Below, one piece after another: positions 20,252-29,162 of a DNA stretch of 64,000 bases. The stretch covers positions 2,272,001 through 2,336,000 of the forward strand of contig CBDCCK010000002.1 of the NCBI GenBank assembly GCA_965214835.1. Direction: 5' to 3'. Each line of letters starts with the position of its first letter. The stretch's first letter is position 1. Under the pieces are notes generated by a model, which had not been told where the DNA came from, made no database searches, and worked only from the letters and a program-made list of their open reading frames with translations. Source of the stretch: Nitrosopumilaceae archaeon. GTDB taxonomy: Archaea > Thermoproteota > Nitrososphaeria > Nitrososphaerales > Nitrosopumilaceae. The position numbers and the translations under genes are program-made.

Positions 20252-21846
20252 CCTGCCGAGGCTGCCACAAACGCCTCAAATGCCCCCTCGGGATATCCCG
20301 GACGGCTGTTGAACTCGGGATGGTACTGGACCCCAAGGTAGAACCTGTGATCTGGAATCTCAAGTATCTCCATTCTCTTGCCCCCGTCGCTCTCGCCGGT
20401 AAACTGCAGCCCCTTGTCTGAGAACTCCTCGATGAAATCCCGGTTGATCTCGTACCTGTGCCGGTGCCGCTTTGATATGACCTCAGAGTCGTAGATTTTC
20501 CTTGCAAGCGTGTTGTCCCTGATCTGAATGTCGTTTGCACCCAGCCTCAGTGAGCCCCCCATCTCTGATACGCCCCTTTGCTCCGGCAGCAGGTCTACCA
20601 CCGGATGGCTTGTCTGGGGGTCGATCTCAGTGGAGTTGGCATCGGCGTATCTGCATACGCTTCTTCCAAAGGCCACCGCGGCCAGCTGGAATCCAAAGCA
20701 GATTCCAAGATACGGCGTGTTGCTCTCCCTTGCAAAGTCTGCGGCCCGTATGATTCCCTCCGATCCACGGGTTCCAAACCCTCCGGGCACCAGGATTCCG
20801 TGGTGGCCGCTTAGCTTTGAGAGGTCTCCTAGCTCGTCTGAGTCAATCCAGTCGATTGACACTGATCTTCCCACCTTTGCACCCGCGTGCCTGAGGGCGT
20901 GGTTTACGCTGACATAGCTGTCTGCCAGCGTAACGTACTTTCCGACCATTGCGATGCTTATCTCCCCGTTGGAGTGGTTCGTCATGTCGTGTACAATCCT
21001 TGCCCATCGCTCCCACCCATCGGCGGTGCCTACCAGGCCCGCCTTGCCGAACTTTTTGAAGATTGCGTCTATGACTCCCTGCTCGTACAGGATCTGGGGC
21101 ACCATCAGGATGGACTTTACGTCATGGCACGATAGGACGTCCCCTGTACCTACGTTGGTAAACAGTGCGATTTTTTGCTTGGTCTTGTCCTGCAGTGGCT
21201 CGGCGCACCTGACTGCCAGCAGATCCGGCTGGATGCCGATTCTCCTCAGTTCCTGAACGCTGTGCTGCGTGGGCTTTGTCTTTTGCTCCCCCACCACGTC
21301 TAGCGACGGCGCCAGTGTGACGTGAACGAAAATCACGTTTTCTGCCCCCTCCTCGACCCTGATCTGCCTTAATGCCTCAAGAAACGGCAGGCTCTCGATA
21401 TCGCCCACGGTTCCGCCGCACTCTACGACTAGGACATCCAGTCCCTCGTTGCATGCGACCGTCCTGACGCGCCGCTTAATCTCATCAGTTACGTGTGGGA
21501 TGATCTGAACGCAGGCTCCAAGGTACCTTCCCTTTCTTTCTGCCTCTATCACGCTTGAGTATACCTGTGCTGTGGTTATGTTGTGGGACTTTGGAATGTC
21601 CTGGTTTAGGAACCTCTCATAGTTGCCTATATCCATGTCGCACTCCCCCCCGTCGTCGGTTACAAAGACCTCTCCGTGTGCAACGGGATTCATGGTTCCC
21701 GCATCATAGTTCAGGTACGGATCAATCTTGATGCATGACACCCTTTGGTTTGATAACTGCAGCAGCTTTGCAATCGAGGAGGCCGTGACGCCCTTTCCGA
21801 GGCCCGACATGACGCCGCCTGTTACGAAGATGAACTTTGTCTGCAC
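20248..21846 (-). CDS. pyrG: CTP synthase
   Basis: Motifs TGGVMSGLGKG, GGTVGDIES, GICFG, RHRHRYE and QYHPE. Confidence 0.98.
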   Translation of the reverse strand: MQTKFIFVTGGVMSGLGKGVTASSIAKLLQLSNQRVSCIKIDPYLNYDAGTMNPVAHGEVFVTDDGGECDMDIGNYERFLNQDIPKSHNITTAQVYSSVIEAERKGRYLGACVQIIPHVTDEIKRRVRTVACNEGLDVLVVECGGTVGDIESLPFLEALRQIRVEEGAENVIFVHVTLAPSLDVVGEQKTKPTQHSVQELRRIGIQPDLLAVRCAEPLQDKTKQKIALFTNVGTGDVLSCHDVKSILMVPQILYEQGVIDAIFKKFGKAGLVGTADGWERWARIVHDMTNHSNGEISIAMVGKYVTLADSYVSVNHALRHAGAKVGRSVSIDWIDSDELGDLSKLSGHHGILVPGGFGTRGSEGIIRAADFARESNTPYLGICFGFQLAAVAFGRSVCRYADANSTEIDPQTSHPVVDLLPEQRGVSEMGGSLRLGANDIQIRDNTLARKIYDSEVISKRHRHRYEINRDFIEEFSDKGLQFTGESDGGKRMEILEIPDHRFYLGVQYHPEFNSRPGYPEGAFEAFVAASAG

Positions 21847-21912
21847 ATATGGGAAACGGCTGTCGGGCTTTTGTATGTTTTGTCTTGGCTGGCCTGCTGC
21901 TTCATATGAAAA

Positions 21913-22161
21913 TTAGTTCCGCCCCTCACTGGCATACTTCATTTTGAGTCGCTTTTCCTGATCGCCTCGGGGGCCTCCCGGCTCCGACGGATCAGTCAGC
22001 TTCAATATGCCTGGATTGATCTGACCGTGCTCGTCAAAGAACCCGTCGGACTCATCCACATACTCGGGATCTGCATACAGTTTGTCATATTTTTTATTCA
22101 GTTCGGATATCTCGGACTTTGGTACCCGGCTTACATGTTCCAACAGATCACTGCGGCTCAT
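21913..22161 (-). CDS. Hypothetical protein, possibly a 5'-truncated remnant
   Basis: Lower-GC ORF whose frame extends upstream to a stop codon without a clear start. Confidence 0.35.
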   Translation of the reverse strand: MSRSDLLEHVSRVPKSEISELNKKYDKLYADPEYVDESDGFFDEHGQINPGILKLTDPSEPGGPRGDQEKRLKMKYASEGRN

Positions 22162-22499
22162 GCTTCCCAGGCGCTTTACATGTTCAATGTATTCCTCGAC
22201 GGTTCTTATGATATTTCACTCCTTGTATAATATGTGTCCAGCTCTTTTGAGCCTTTTCGTCCGGTGGGACGGGACATTAACTGGTGTTTATTCTCCTTGG
22301 GACACGTCGGGTGCTGGAAATCGGCTATTTGAAGACTTAACTGGATAATTGCATTGGAATCATCGGCGTGGTGGCCTTAACTGGTCAATCAGGTGTTGTG
22401 GATTTACACAACATCCATTGTTTTTAGTTAATAGACATTATGTGTAATCGACCTGAATGAGGCGAATCTGTTCGTAATAATCCCAGATCTGAACCTACT

Positions 22500-22590
22500 A
22501 CGCAAAGTCTAATGCCGTCAAGCTCAAACCTCGCGATCCACACCTGTACGGTACGCCGTGTCACGCCGGCAGTCTCCGCGGTCTGCGGTG
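22500..22590 (-). pseudogene. Transposase HTH remnant (IS630-like)
   Basis: TAETAGVTRRTVQVWIARFELDGI resembles the N-terminal HTH of IS630 transposases. Confidence 0.5.
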
Positions 22591-22778
22591 GTGCTGCCAG
22601 GCAGCACGGAGCGCACCGCCGGGATTCTGGTGTGAGTCTTGAGATCCTTTTCGACACGCGTGGCATCAGTGAGGATTTTCGTCTCGTCCATGCAATGGTG
22701 CCATGGCGGAGATCTGTAAACATTCGCAAGACGCGTAATCAGGCAAAGTCTTCAATGAGCATCAGTATGGGCCTGATC

Positions 22779-24134
22779 TCATGGCTGCCTGGAAAAGTTG
22801 TCCATGATCATGCAGACGGACTTTGTGGTCTTTTGCAGCAGGTCAACCCTGGCAAACTCGTTTGGGGAGTGGATGCGCCCAAAGATGTAGGTGCCCCCAA
22901 AGGAGATGCATGGGGCCCCCAGCACCTTGACGAAGGAGTGCATAGGCCCGGTTCCCGCGTTTGAGACGTTGAGGACGGATCTGCCAAAGATCCTGTCCGC
23001 TGCGTCCCTGACGCTCCGAACCATCGGATCCCCGGGGTCTGTCCTGGCCGCAGCCTCGCCGTGAAATATCCTGATCTTGACGTCGCCGAACCCCCCGTCC
23101 CTGAGGTGCCGCCTCAGCCTTGAGGCCTGCCTTGAGGGAATCATTCCGGGGGTGAGCCTAAAGTCAATCTTTGCCGTGGCGCTGCCGGGCAGGACGGTCT
23201 TTGCGCCCTCCCCCGAGTACCCGGAGTGGAGCCCGGCAATGTTGCAGGTGGCACCCCCGACCAGCGCCTTTTTTGCATCAAGCCCGGTCATGCCTCCGAC
23301 AAACTGCCGTATCCCAAATTCCCTCTTGAACGAGCCGGCATCAAAGGGCTCGGCACTGATCAGCTCGATGTCCTGCCTTGTAAGCGGGACTGCCTCCCTG
23401 TACCAGTCCTTGATGAGGATTTTTCCGTCAGGGCTCCTAAGCGTCCCTATCGCCTCTACCAGCCGCCATGCGGGGTTTTTGATCAGGACCGCCAGGCTGG
23501 AGTGGGCGTCCCGGACGGACTCGCGTACGGACAGCTCTACGAACAGCAGTCCCTTCATCCCAAGTCCGATTATCGGCCGGTTCTTGGCATCGACATAGCC
23601 AAACTCCCAGATCACGCCGTCGCATGCGAATTTTTTCCTGTACCGTACAAGATAGCGCTCGATGTGCTCGCTGCCGGTCTCCTCCTCGCCCTCGATGACG
23701 AACTTGACATTGCATGGAACGTCTCCGGCAACCCTGAGAAATGCCTCGACTGCCTTGATCCGGGTGATCAGCTCGCCCTTGTCGTCGGCTGCCCCGCGGC
23801 CAAAGATCCTGTTTCCCCGGATTTTGCCCTCAAAGGGTGGATCGTCCCACAGGTCAAGCGGCTCGGCAGGCTGGACGTCGTAATGGTTGTAAAACATCAG
23901 GGTTCTGCCAGGGTTTGACTTTGATTTTACCTCGCCGAAGACGACGGGTGCGGCGCCCCTCATGCGCAAAATCCTAGAGGGTATCCCTGCGTCCCTGAGC
24001 ATTTTTGAGACGAGTGCGGCGCACTCTTGTATCCCCTCGTTTTTTGCAGAGACGCTTGGCTGCCGGATCAGGGTCTGAAGGTCTGCAAGCAGGCCGTCCA
24101 TGTTTTGATCAACATGTCTGAGGATTTTTTTCAT
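22779..24134 (-). CDS. M20-family metallopeptidase/deacylase
   Basis: Motifs YNHYDVQP, GRGAADDKG, EGEEE and IHSPNE. Confidence 0.92.
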   Translation of the reverse strand: MKKILRHVDQNMDGLLADLQTLIRQPSVSAKNEGIQECAALVSKMLRDAGIPSRILRMRGAAPVVFGEVKSKSNPGRTLMFYNHYDVQPAEPLDLWDDPPFEGKIRGNRIFGRGAADDKGELITRIKAVEAFLRVAGDVPCNVKFVIEGEEETGSEHIERYLVRYRKKFACDGVIWEFGYVDAKNRPIIGLGMKGLLFVELSVRESVRDAHSSLAVLIKNPAWRLVEAIGTLRSPDGKILIKDWYREAVPLTRQDIELISAEPFDAGSFKREFGIRQFVGGMTGLDAKKALVGGATCNIAGLHSGYSGEGAKTVLPGSATAKIDFRLTPGMIPSRQASRLRRHLRDGGFGDVKIRIFHGEAAARTDPGDPMVRSVRDAADRIFGRSVLNVSNAGTGPMHSFVKVLGAPCISFGGTYIFGRIHSPNEFARVDLLQKTTKSVCMIMDNFSRQP

Positions 24135-24994
24135 TTTATCACATCAAATGGTCTCATTGCGGCAGGAATCTCCGGGATCAGATCCATGGATGTGATGTGC
24201 AGGCCCATCTTTTTCTGTGCAAGCCTTCCGGCATTGCCGTTTACCAGCGCGGCGGCTGCTGCAGACTCTACAGCCTTTCTGTTTTTGGCAAGCAGCCCGG
24301 CGACGAGTCCGGACAGGACGTCCCCGGTACCGCCGACTGTCATCGCCGGGGTTTTTTTGGGGTTGATGTAGGTAGACCTGCCGTCTGTGACGATGTCAGT
24401 CGCCCCCTTTAGAAGGATTGTAATCCCGTGTTCCCTTGCGAGCCTCTCGGCTGCGGGTATTCTCCGCCCCAGGCCCTCGGGGGGGCTTTGCCCGAAGAGC
24501 CTCTTGAACTCCCCGGAGTGGGGCGTTACTACCACGTTTCTGCCCGAGAGCAGCGGCAGGACGTCGGGAATCAGCGCGCCGGCATCCAGTGACAGCCGCA
24601 CGTCGCCATCCAGCAGGGACTTTACCAGGTTCTTCAGTGCGACTGCCTCGTGAACTGCCAGGCCCATGCCGATGGCCGCAGAGTCCAGGCTCTTGGGGAC
24701 CAGTCCCAGCAGCTTGGTGACAGAGCCCCGGGTGAGCTTCTGGTCGGCCATCGGCAGGACTATCAGGTTCGGTGATACTGCGCGGGCCGCGCCGGCGTGG
24801 ATCTTCGGTACTGCTGTATAGACCAGATCGGTGCCGCTCCTTAGCGCGGCCAGCGAGGACAGTATCGGCGCGCCATGATATATGTGGCTCCCGCCCACGA
24901 CTAGGACCGTCCCGTTGGCGCCTTTTCGGGAGCAGGCCACCCTGGCAGGAATGAACTTTTTGACGATTGAGGGGGTCAGTTTAGTGCCTTTCAA
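24131..24994 (-). CDS. nnrD: ADP-dependent NAD(P)H-hydrate dehydratase
   Basis: Motifs VVGGS...GA, DAGAL, TPHSGEF and GGTGDVLSG. Confidence 0.9.
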   Translation of the reverse strand: MKGTKLTPSIVKKFIPARVACSRKGANGTVLVVGGSHIYHGAPILSSLAALRSGTDLVYTAVPKIHAGAARAVSPNLIVLPMADQKLTRGSVTKLLGLVPKSLDSAAIGMGLAVHEAVALKNLVKSLLDGDVRLSLDAGALIPDVLPLLSGRNVVVTPHSGEFKRLFGQSPPEGLGRRIPAAERLAREHGITILLKGATDIVTDGRSTYINPKKTPAMTVGGTGDVLSGLVAGLLAKNRKAVESAAAAALVNGNAGRLAQKKMGLHITSMDLIPEIPAAMRPFDVIK

Positions 24995-25017
24995 CTTGGA
25001 TCATCGCAGGGGCCGTC

Positions 25018-25345
25018 TTATTTTGATTTTTTCGTCCTCTTCAGCCTTTCGTCAAAGAACGCCTTTCGTCCAAAGCACAGGTATGTGGTATGGCCTATGC
25101 CCTGGAAGGAGTGGCGCGTCTTTCCCTCACGCGCATCAATGTGTCTGAGGATAAGCTCGGTGGACTCGATGTCCGTAAACTCGCTTTGCGTCAGGGCCGC
25201 CGTCAGCCTTTCGAGCTGGTTCATCGTGGGACAGACCGCACCGCTGCCCCTGAGCATGTACCTGATCTTGGGGATCACGGTTCAGGGGTCGCCGAGATCG
25301 ATTAGCGCGACGTCGGCGTTTCTGACCGGCGTGATGTTTGCAGCC
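25018..25345 (-). pseudogene. trmI: 3' fragment of tRNA (adenine-N1)-methyltransferase (TrmI-like)
   Basis: ADVALIDLGDP*TVIP (W replaced by a stop), CPTMNQL and GHTTYL. The 5' part is absent. Confidence 0.8.
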
Positions 25346-25368
25346 AGTATAAATAGAACCTGACGTTG

Positions 25369-25392
25369 TACATAAAATATATATTTTATGTA
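25369..25392. promoter_or_regulatory. Perfect 24-bp palindrome upstream of the AbiEi-like gene (probable autoregulatory operator)
   Basis: TACATAAAATAT|ATATTTTATGTA, 24 bp before the ATG at 25417. Confidence 0.7.
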
Positions 25393-25416
25393 TACATACT
25401 ACCTTTGAAAGACAGG

Positions 25417-26238
25417 ATGGTTACATATAATATAAGACTCGGGCCACAAGAGACCAAGCTTTTGTTCAGTCTGGAAGAGAATGGAGTAAGCGTCTTTACT
25501 ACAGAAGATGCCAAAAAAATACTTGCTTCAGGATCAGCATCGACTTGGTCGGTAGTTAGCGGCCTTAAGAAAAAAGGCCGGGTCAGGCAAGTCGAGAGGG
25601 GAAAATACCTGCTTATACCTGCAAGAGCAGGGGTGGAAGGTTACTGGGCCGAGTCGCCATGGGTCATAGTCCCACACCTAATTGACGTCTACTATGTTGG
25701 ATTTTGGACGGCTATGAATTACTGGGGGATGACAGAACAAATCCCCTACACGGTTTTTGTGGCAACAACAAAAAGGAAAAAGAAAAGGATCTTAAAATTT
25801 GGAAATCAAAAATTTGAATTTGTAACTTTATCAAAGAAAAAGTTCTTCGGGTTTGTTGAACAAAAAGCAAGCAAAGCAGAAACCTTCAACATCTCTTCAA
25901 AAGAAAAGACAATCATTGACGGCTTAACGCATCCTGAATATTGTGGTGGCATGCCTGAGGTCGCAAAGGCGATGTGGAATGCAAGGGATGATGTAAGCTG
26001 GTCAGCAGTGTTAGAGATGTCAAAGAGATCCGGGGTTGGTGCAGTCTTGAGGAGGCTGGGATACCTTCTAAGCATTTTAGATATCGAGCAAGGAATTGCA
26101 AATGATCTAAAAAACACCTTCAAAGGATATCACTTTCTTGATCCGAACGCGACAAAGGAAATACTGGATTATTCTAAAGAATATGGACTGATCATCAACA
26201 GGAGCAGGAATCGGCTATTGGGTTGGAGGGAATACTGA
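25417..26238 (+). CDS. Type IV TA antitoxin, AbiEi/COG5340-like
   Basis: wHTH (LKKKGRVRQVERGKY), YYVGFWTAMNYWGMTEQIP and EKTIID. AT-rich. Confidence 0.88.
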   Translation: MVTYNIRLGPQETKLLFSLEENGVSVFTTEDAKKILASGSASTWSVVSGLKKKGRVRQVERGKYLLIPARAGVEGYWAESPWVIVPHLIDVYYVGFWTAMNYWGMTEQIPYTVFVATTKRKKKRILKFGNQKFEFVTLSKKKFFGFVEQKASKAETFNISSKEKTIIDGLTHPEYCGGMPEVAKAMWNARDDVSWSAVLEMSKRSGVGAVLRRLGYLLSILDIEQGIANDLKNTFKGYHFLDPNATKEILDYSKEYGLIINRSRNRLLGWREY

Positions 26239-26330
26239 TGGATGATAAAACGATGCGAAAATTAGCTACAAAAAAAAGAGTCCCGATTGGAACAATCGAA
26301 AAAGATTACACAGTTACAGGTATTCTTTTA
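26238..26330 (+). pseudogene. 5' stub of an AbiEii-like nucleotidyltransferase toxin, cut by IS630
   Basis: MDDKTMRKLATKKRVPIGTIEKDYTVTGILL overlaps the antitoxin stop (TGATG) and carries the EKDY motif. Confidence 0.8.
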
Positions 26331-27460
26331 GTATTCACGTCAGCCATTTGTTCATCTCCACCACCTTTATCTCGCCCCTGCGCAGCATGACGCGCAAGGA
26401 TTTCTGCATTGTGTCGACTGTCTTGTAAAGGCAGTTTGCAGTCGCCTTTTTCAGCCCGCGCCACTGTCCCTCCGGATTGTTCAGCTCCGGCGTGTACGGC
26501 GGCAGGTACCGTATCACCACATCCCCGTTCCACCCGGCCATCTTTCTCTTGAGTTCTGTAGACTTGTGGTACGATGCATTGTCCACGAACAGCAGCACCC
26601 TGCCGTACTTGCGGCGTAGCGCCTTGAGAAACTTGAAGAATGTGTACCTGTCGGCCTTTTTGTAAAAGCGGCAGTCAAAGCCGTTCTTTGAGAGGGATCC
26701 TATGGCATAGAACCTCTTCCTCGACAGGTTGGACGGCGTAAAGACAGGCTCTCCTACGGGGTACCAGCTGTTCTTGACGTTCCATCCCAGGATGAACGAG
26801 GACTCGTCCCCTATCATTACCGTGTACCCCTTCTTCGAATAGTACCTCGCGCACCGCCCAGCTTTTTTTTGAACTCCTCTTTCTCGGATTCCGTGGCTGA
26901 TTTTGGGTGTTTTGGGCGCGGCCTTCTGCACGAAAAGCCGATTCTGTGCAGCAGGTCGCATATGCCCATGGACGCATACGTGATGCCGAACCTCCTTTTG
27001 ACGTGGGCGATGACCAGCGTCCCGGTCCATGTTGCCACCTCAAAGCCGCAGTTTTGCGGGCCCTCAATCAGGTCTGCGCGCAGCTGCTCAAGCTGCTTCC
27101 TGTCGAACCTGCACGGGGCGCCGTGCCTTATGTCAAACCTGCCCTCCAGGCCGTGCTCGTGTGCGCGCACCAGCCAGTACCGTATGGTTCCATATGGCCT
27201 GTCCAGATTCTCGGCAATCTGGTATATGCTCATGCCGCACTTTCTCATATAATAGACCAGAAGCTTGATGGCTGCCTTGCCGTTCTTCTCGGACTTGTGC
27301 ATCCTAAAAAGCTCGTCCTTGCTTGCTATCCCGTACAGGAACTGCGTTCCCGTCGGTAGTTCCTTTTTTCCTTTCATGTGTATGTATGGGACTGGCAGAT
27401 CTTAGATCCTTTGGTTGAAAAAAATTCTCTTTTTTGTAATCAATTGGTAGCAGTGAATAC
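26331..27460 (-). mobile_element. IS630-family element (1130 bp) with a frameshift-encoded transposase
   Basis: TA|GTATTCAC...GTGAATAC|TA ends. The HTH ORF (26817-27377) and DDE ORF (DES, DNASYH, LPPYTPELNNPE) join at an A8G slippery run near 26862-26870. Confidence 0.92.
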
Positions 27461-27462
27461 TA

Positions 27463-28304
27463 CGGCATTCTGGAGGAGATACGGCACTCAGAGTCCAGAG
27501 GCGACGAGACGGGCTGGTTTTTCAACGGGGCAGGCCACTGGGTATGGGTGCTTGTGACAAAATTCTCCGTATTCTACCACATAGCGCCGTCCCGCTCGGG
27601 CGACGTCATAGATTCCTTGATGGCATCATTTGAAGGCATAGTGACATCTGACTCGTACTCGGCGTGGAACCGCATAGGATGCATGCGCCAAAAGTGCCTG
27701 CTGCACTACCTTCGGGACATGCACCTGACGCTGGATAAAAACGGTAGCGCCGAGTTTGCCACGCTGTTTTACAGGCTCCACTGTATCCTAAAGGACACAA
27801 TAGACGCGGGCAGGGCCACGCCCGAGGAGATGCAGTGCCTAAAATATCGCGTGTACAAGCTTGCCTCGGCCGCATACACGGACACGGACTGCATCAGATA
27901 CACAAAGCGCCTCAAAAGGGAGGTCGACGACCTGTTTACGTTCCTGGAGCATTACGACGTCGAATATCACAACAACGGCAGCGAGAGGGCGCTGCGCATG
28001 ATGGCCGTGATACGAAAGATCCTGTACGGAAACAGGTCAGAAAAGGGCATGAAAATGACCGAGACCATGTGTACCGTATACGCCACGTGCGAGATGCGCG
28101 GCGTCAGCTTTTACTCGTTCGTAACGGACTATCTTGACGGAAGGGTCACGGAGATCCCGATGCCTGCTCAGTGCGTCGGTGCAGTGGCAGCATAAACAAA
28201 GGCACGACAGGCCCCGCCGGCACGCCCTGAAATCGATCCAGATGCGCAGGACTGCTGCCATGGCACGGTTATACAATGATGGCAGTGACGGCGGTAGACG
28301 TTAC
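27463..28304 (+). mobile_element. 5'-truncated IS66-family element (transposase C-terminal half to 28195)
   Basis: Motifs DETGW, VTSDSYSAW, QKCLLHYLR and NNGSERALR. Probable right end ...GACGTTAC at 28304. Confidence 0.85.
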
Positions 28305-28544
28305 GCCGTACATTCGGCTCCGGCCCGGCACCGCTACAGTTCGGATTCCCAAAAACACGGCAGTTTGTGCCAAAATCCAGCTTCCAGAGCCCGATCAAAC
28401 AGATTCGTGCTTGGAATCAGGAACAGCTTCCAGAGTCCGAGCTGTTATTGATCAAGGAATTTCTGTTGATCATGGAAAACCGACCAGATCTGGTCAGAAA
28501 TACATGATTAAAAGTATAAAACATGACCAAAAGCATACCAGAAT

Positions 28545-29147
28545 GTGCCAAGTTTCAAATCCCGATACGCGTATCCTTTGATGTATTACATGCTGTCTCA
28601 CAAGCAATTCAAGCAACGCCAGATGGCACGCGATTTAGAATATAGGCAGGGGGGAAGCATTAGTGGTTTTGTAAACTGGTTGGAGGAATTGAAAATGGTT
28701 GAGAAAACCAAAGATACCCTACATAGAACCCTCACCTACAAAGTTCCATCACCGCTGAGTTTGATAAGATTTTACAGTAATTTTCGAAAAATGAGTGACT
28801 TGCGAATAACTAGAGACATGGGGGACGATAGAGACGCAGCAGTTGAATTTTTCAAAAAAAATAACGGTATTTTTTGTTTAACATCTGCCCTGGAGCACTA
28901 TACGGAATATGTAAGGGATCTCGCAATTCACGTTTACGTTGATGAAAAATACTGGAATGAAATGGCAAATACAAACACGGAGGGGAGTGTACGAGTAAAT
29001 TTGTATGCATTTAAGCCGTGTAGAGAAGACAACATCACTAAAATCAATGGAATGAAACTAACTAATCGTTTACGGACATTGATTGATCTGTATTGTGATG
29101 ACAAAGCTTATGCTGCAGAACCGTTAATCAAAGAGTTATGGGCCTAA
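28545..29147 (+). CDS. wHTH protein, probable AbiEi-like antitoxin
   Basis: N-terminal HTH (FKQRQMARDL...SGFVNWLEE), TSAL...Y, HVYV and RTLIDLY. Its stop overlaps the start of the downstream NTase gene. Confidence 0.7.
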   Translation: MPSFKSRYAYPLMYYMLSHKQFKQRQMARDLEYRQGGSISGFVNWLEELKMVEKTKDTLHRTLTYKVPSPLSLIRFYSNFRKMSDLRITRDMGDDRDAAVEFFKKNNGIFCLTSALEHYTEYVRDLAIHVYVDEKYWNEMANTNTEGSVRVNLYAFKPCREDNITKINGMKLTNRLRTLIDLYCDDKAYAAEPLIKELWA

Positions 29148-29162
29148 CATCTGATGATTATG

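Noticed and set aside
28378-28440. 17-bp direct repeat (CAGCTTCCAGAG.CCGA) as a second repeat-spacer-repeat event
   Set aside because: It is explained by tandem remnants of the right half of MITE family 4.
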